Shown: positions 43,856-46,355 of the stretch, piece by piece
How the letters are laid out: every line of letters starts with the position of its first letter
How positions within the stretch are numbered: position 1 is the stretch's first letter
Notes under the pieces: model-generated
The model's database searches: none
Told to the model about the DNA's origin: nothing
The model's input: only the letters and a program-made list of their open reading frames with translations
Origin: a virus
Taxonomy: Duplodnaviria > Caudoviricetes
IMG/VR virus record: IMGVR_UViG_3300011102_000427
Span: 1 to 46,355 of that record
Reading direction: 5' to 3' (one strand)
DNA: 46,355 bases
Translations under genes and position numbers: made by a program

Positions 43856-44069
43856 AGTGGAATTCCTTTTGCAAATCGCCCTTAATGGGAATGAACTTCT
43901 TGGGCAGTTCTTCAACGACGGCGAGGGCGGCCTGCGCGGCCTTCTCCATTCCCCTCGCCACCGCAAGTTCTTGTGCGTCGCGGGAGTTCTGCGCGTGCTT
44001 CCAGCCGGTGACATAGGCTAGGCCGGCCACAGCCAGCGTGAGCACTCCCGCGACGACAAGCTTGTACAT
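43644..44069 (-). CDS. i-spanin (Rz-like)
   Basis: N-terminal TM helix followed by a helical periplasmic region, in the lysis cassette. Confidence 0.7.
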   Translation of the reverse strand: MYKLVVAGVLTLAVAGLAYVTGWKHAQNSRDAQELAVARGMEKAAQAALAVVEELPKKFIPIKGDLQKEFHYETRYVAADCEHTAAVWLHLQRAYEAAGGTWPGDRVPVADPAAGQNPGGNNQGTGGRVGSAGEVSRSDGN

Positions 44070-44072
44070 ACC

Positions 44073-44372
44073 TTATTCCTTCTTCCCCAGCTGCCTCGAG
44101 ATCTGGTGCATGCCAGTCATCGCGAGCGCTGTCAGAATCGCTGTCCCGACGGTCTCCCAAGCACTGACGTTCGTCGGGTCCTCGTTCAGGATAGCGGCGT
44201 CCACGCCCAGCCAGTTCGCCACCGCGCCCACCACCGCTGCCAGGATGGGCAGGAAGATAGGCACATAGCGGTCCGGCACGAGCGGCATGACATGGCTTCG
44301 GAAGGCCGCGAACAGCGGGGTGGCGACAGCCGCTACGATCAGCGGGATGATGCTCAGCAAGGCTTGCAACAT
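44073..44372 (-). CDS. Putative holin
   Basis: 99 aa, three hydrophobic segments, basic C-terminus, next to the endolysin. Confidence 0.7.
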   Translation of the reverse strand: MLQALLSIIPLIVAAVATPLFAAFRSHVMPLVPDRYVPIFLPILAAVVGAVANWLGVDAAILNEDPTNVSAWETVGTAILTALAMTGMHQISRQLGKKE

Positions 44373-44380
44373 AGTACCTC

Positions 44381-44806
44381 CTAGTCAACAATCTCGACAT
44401 GCGGCGCGTCAAGGAAGCTCTCACCCGGATCGCGATTGACGCTCCTGAAATCGCCATCCCAGTCCAAACCAAACCGCAGCCGATAGCCCTTGATCGCGGC
44501 CACCATCTGGAAAGCGCCCATCAGTCGCCCAAACGCGACCAGGTCGTTCCAGTCGATTTGGGCCTTCCCAGTATTGTAGTACACGGGCGCGATATCCAGG
44601 GCCTTCGACGGCATGGCATTGTGCTTGCCATGCGGCCACCTGAGTTTGGACTTCCCCGTCCGAAAGGCTTCATTCTGCGCAGCCTCGCCACGATGCCCCT
44701 CGATCACTGTGAAATCGATCACAGTAATCACTTGGTGCGCGATCTCCTGCAGCCGCAAGTCGCAGGTCGCCAGGCGCTCGAGCGAGGTTTGAGAAAACTT
44801 AGGCAT
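44381..44806 (-). CDS. Endolysin, M15 peptidase (L-Ala-D-Glu type)
   Basis: EGHR...Q...KHN..PSKALD...DAPHVE zinc-peptidase motifs. Confidence 0.9.
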   Translation of the reverse strand: MPKFSQTSLERLATCDLRLQEIAHQVITVIDFTVIEGHRGEAAQNEAFRTGKSKLRWPHGKHNAMPSKALDIAPVYYNTGKAQIDWNDLVAFGRLMGAFQMVAAIKGYRLRFGLDWDGDFRSVNRDPGESFLDAPHVEIVD

Positions 44807-45048
44807 TACCGCCGATCCTCCCTATCCAACCGCTCTTCCAGCCGTTGCACCTGCCGCTCCACCCGCTGAAGGATCGCAGTTTGCGAGACCTGTCGCTCCT
44901 CAATTCGAGCGACGGTAGCCTCTGTCACCTTGCTCTCCTTCAACGACTGAATATCCTTGTACATGAATACAGCGGTAATCAGGCCGCCAAGGAGAAGTCC
45001 CGAGTCAATAAGCAGTGGAATTCGAATCCCCGCTCCATCTACTTTCAT
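44806..45048 (-). CDS. Single-TM coiled-coil lysis-cassette protein (holin/antiholin-like)
   Basis: 80 aa, one TM segment plus coiled coil, coupled to the endolysin start. Confidence 0.55.
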   Translation of the reverse strand: MKVDGAGIRIPLLIDSGLLLGGLITAVFMYKDIQSLKESKVTEATVARIEERQVSQTAILQRVERQVQRLEERLDREDRR

Positions 45049-45527
45049 AGCTTCCCCACAGGTTCCACGTCGAGCTCATAACTTAAAAGCTCCCAAGGTG
45101 GTTGTCCATCGGACCGGAAGCTCACTGCGAGATAAACACCTGAGATCGCGTAATCCAGGTACTTATCCACACCTACGAGGAAGTCCCTTTCCACATCCCA
45201 CTGCACTTCACTGTCCTGGTTTTCCGAGGCGCCGATGCGGATTTTCACCACAGTTCCCGGCACGCCCTTAATTACAGGCCAGATTCCATTCACATGCTTA
45301 ACCACCGTGGTATCCACAGTCCACTCGCCCTTCCGACCCTTGCCGGTAACTGCGAGTCCCGTGCGCACGATGCGGCAGGGAATGGGGATATCACCATAAA
45401 GCGTCCCGTCGCCCTCCTGGTAAAAGGTGTCGTCGAGAATGAATACAGGTTTGTCCTCGCTCAGGACATTAATACCCTGTCCCCATTCCCTATCAGCAGC
45501 TTCCCAGGATTGCGGATCGAGTGCCAT
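45045..45527 (-). CDS. Stand-alone C-terminal domain of the tail nozzle protein
   Basis: RTGL...IWPVIKG...V.IG...VQW...F.VG.D...SG.YLAV.F.S...W.L.SYELD...G pattern of nozzle C-termini; GGAG RBS. Confidence 0.65.
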   Translation of the reverse strand: MALDPQSWEAADREWGQGINVLSEDKPVFILDDTFYQEGDGTLYGDIPIPCRIVRTGLAVTGKGRKGEWTVDTTVVKHVNGIWPVIKGVPGTVVKIRIGASENQDSEVQWDVERDFLVGVDKYLDYAISGVYLAVSFRSDGQPPWELLSYELDVEPVGKL

Positions 45528-45538
45528 TTTCAGCTCCA

Positions 45539-45571
45539 AGAAAAGGCGGGAGGGCTCACAACCCTCCCGCC
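45539..45571 (-). terminator. Rho-independent terminator after the capsid gene
   Basis: GGCGGGAGGG-TTGTGAG-CCCTCCCGCC followed by TTTTCTT on the minus strand. Confidence 0.85.
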
Positions 45572-45578
45572 ACTGGAC

Positions 45579-46355
45579 TTACGAGAACGCCCGGAACTGG
45601 CCGAGGTACGCGAAGGTCCGCTCGTGATGGAACTCGAACCCGGCTTCGGTCAGCCACTGGTCCTTGATGTAGTCCGCATCGTTCGGCTGGATTTCCTTCT
45701 CGAGGTGCGTGTCACGGCCCTTGAGCGGGCGATAGATCACGCCTGCCGGGTTGACCACGAACATCGAGTTCTTGTACACCGGATGCACGTTCAGCAGCGG
45801 GTGGGACTTGATGTACAGCGTCCCCTGCGGGATGATGTACTTCTTCAGTTCCATGCCGTAGAACTTCACCGTGCCGTCGTAGGTGATCATCGTGTTCGCG
45901 TGGCTAGCGACCATCGTGTTCAGGTAGTTCAGGGCACCGTTGCCGCAGAACACGATACGCTCGTTACCCGCGCCGCCGGCTTCGTAGTCGAACACCGGGC
46001 TGACGGCAGCCAGGAAGGTCGCCATCGTCGGGCTGGCAGTGAACACCGTCCGATTGGTGCTGATGAAGTGACGCAGACCGCCCGTATAGCGCAGCGGCAT
46101 GTTGCCGTTCGAGGCATCCAGGGTTTCATACGGGATACCCCAGAACAGCGTCTGCTCGATCTTCTCCGCGTGCTGGAAGCTCTTGCGCTTCTGCTCGTTC
46201 TTCTTCGGATCGCCAGTGCGGAACCGCGTCGCCAGGGTCGTCTTGGAGATCTGGTACGGGGTCTTGAAGATCTGGCAGTAGTTCGTCAGCTTCGTCGGGT
46301 TGGTGCTCGAGCTGGCGATCGAGGTGTTGCCTTCCGACTGGGCGTTGCCGACGCG
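45579..46355 (-). CDS. Major capsid protein, 3' part
   Basis: In frame with 552 down to 1 across the overlap; EQTLFWG, RYTGGL, ...WLTEAGFE. Confidence 0.9.
   Translation of the reverse strand, partial: RVGNAQSEGNTSIASSSTNPTKLTNYCQIFKTPYQISKTTLATRFRTGDPKKNEQKRKSFQHAEKIEQTLFWGIPYETLDASNGNMPLRYTGGLRHFISTNRTVFTASPTMATFLAAVSPVFDYEAGGAGNERIVFCGNGALNYLNTMVASHANTMITYDGTVKFYGMELKKYIIPQGTLYIKSHPLLNVHPVYKNSMFVVNPAGVIYRPLKGRDTHLEKEIQPNDADYIKDQWLTEAGFEFHHERTFAYLGQFRAFS
46233..46355. repeat. Terminal direct repeat copy 2
   Basis: Identical to 1-123. Confidence 0.95.

Overview
The window is an apparently complete, circularly assembled genome of a GC-rich tailed phage with podovirus-like architecture. Bases 1-123 are identical to 46233-46355, giving 46,232 bp of unique sequence, and the join falls inside the major capsid gene. 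The minus strand (6.3 kb to 1, continuing 46.2 to 28.6 kb) carries terminase, portal, scaffold, capsid, a lysis cassette with spanins (Gram-negative host), tail and fibre genes, a glycosyltransferase and ejection proteins. The largest is a 1950-aa polyvalent protein. The plus strand (6.9-28.7 kb) carries small early genes, an ATP-dependent ligase, ThyX, a MazG-like protein, dNMP kinase, exonuclease/AAA/SSB, a RecD-like helicase, a ParB-methyltransferase fusion, a UDG-PolA fusion and a DUF3987-like ATPase. I recognised no integrase, RNA polymerase, primase or tRNA. The main unexplained structures are: (1) a mirror-symmetric ~400-bp element with 6+6 helically phased pentamers around a poly-T core; (2) six copies of a 31-bp palindrome spaced 5-9 kb apart around the genome; (3) a tail nozzle gene apparently split into two permuted genes; (4) a 15-repeat Ser-rich protein beside a small beta subunit and near a glycosyltransferase; (5) an ADP-ribosyltransferase-like domain inserted in the giant ejection protein. 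All protein calls come from motif recognition and synteny, not database searches.
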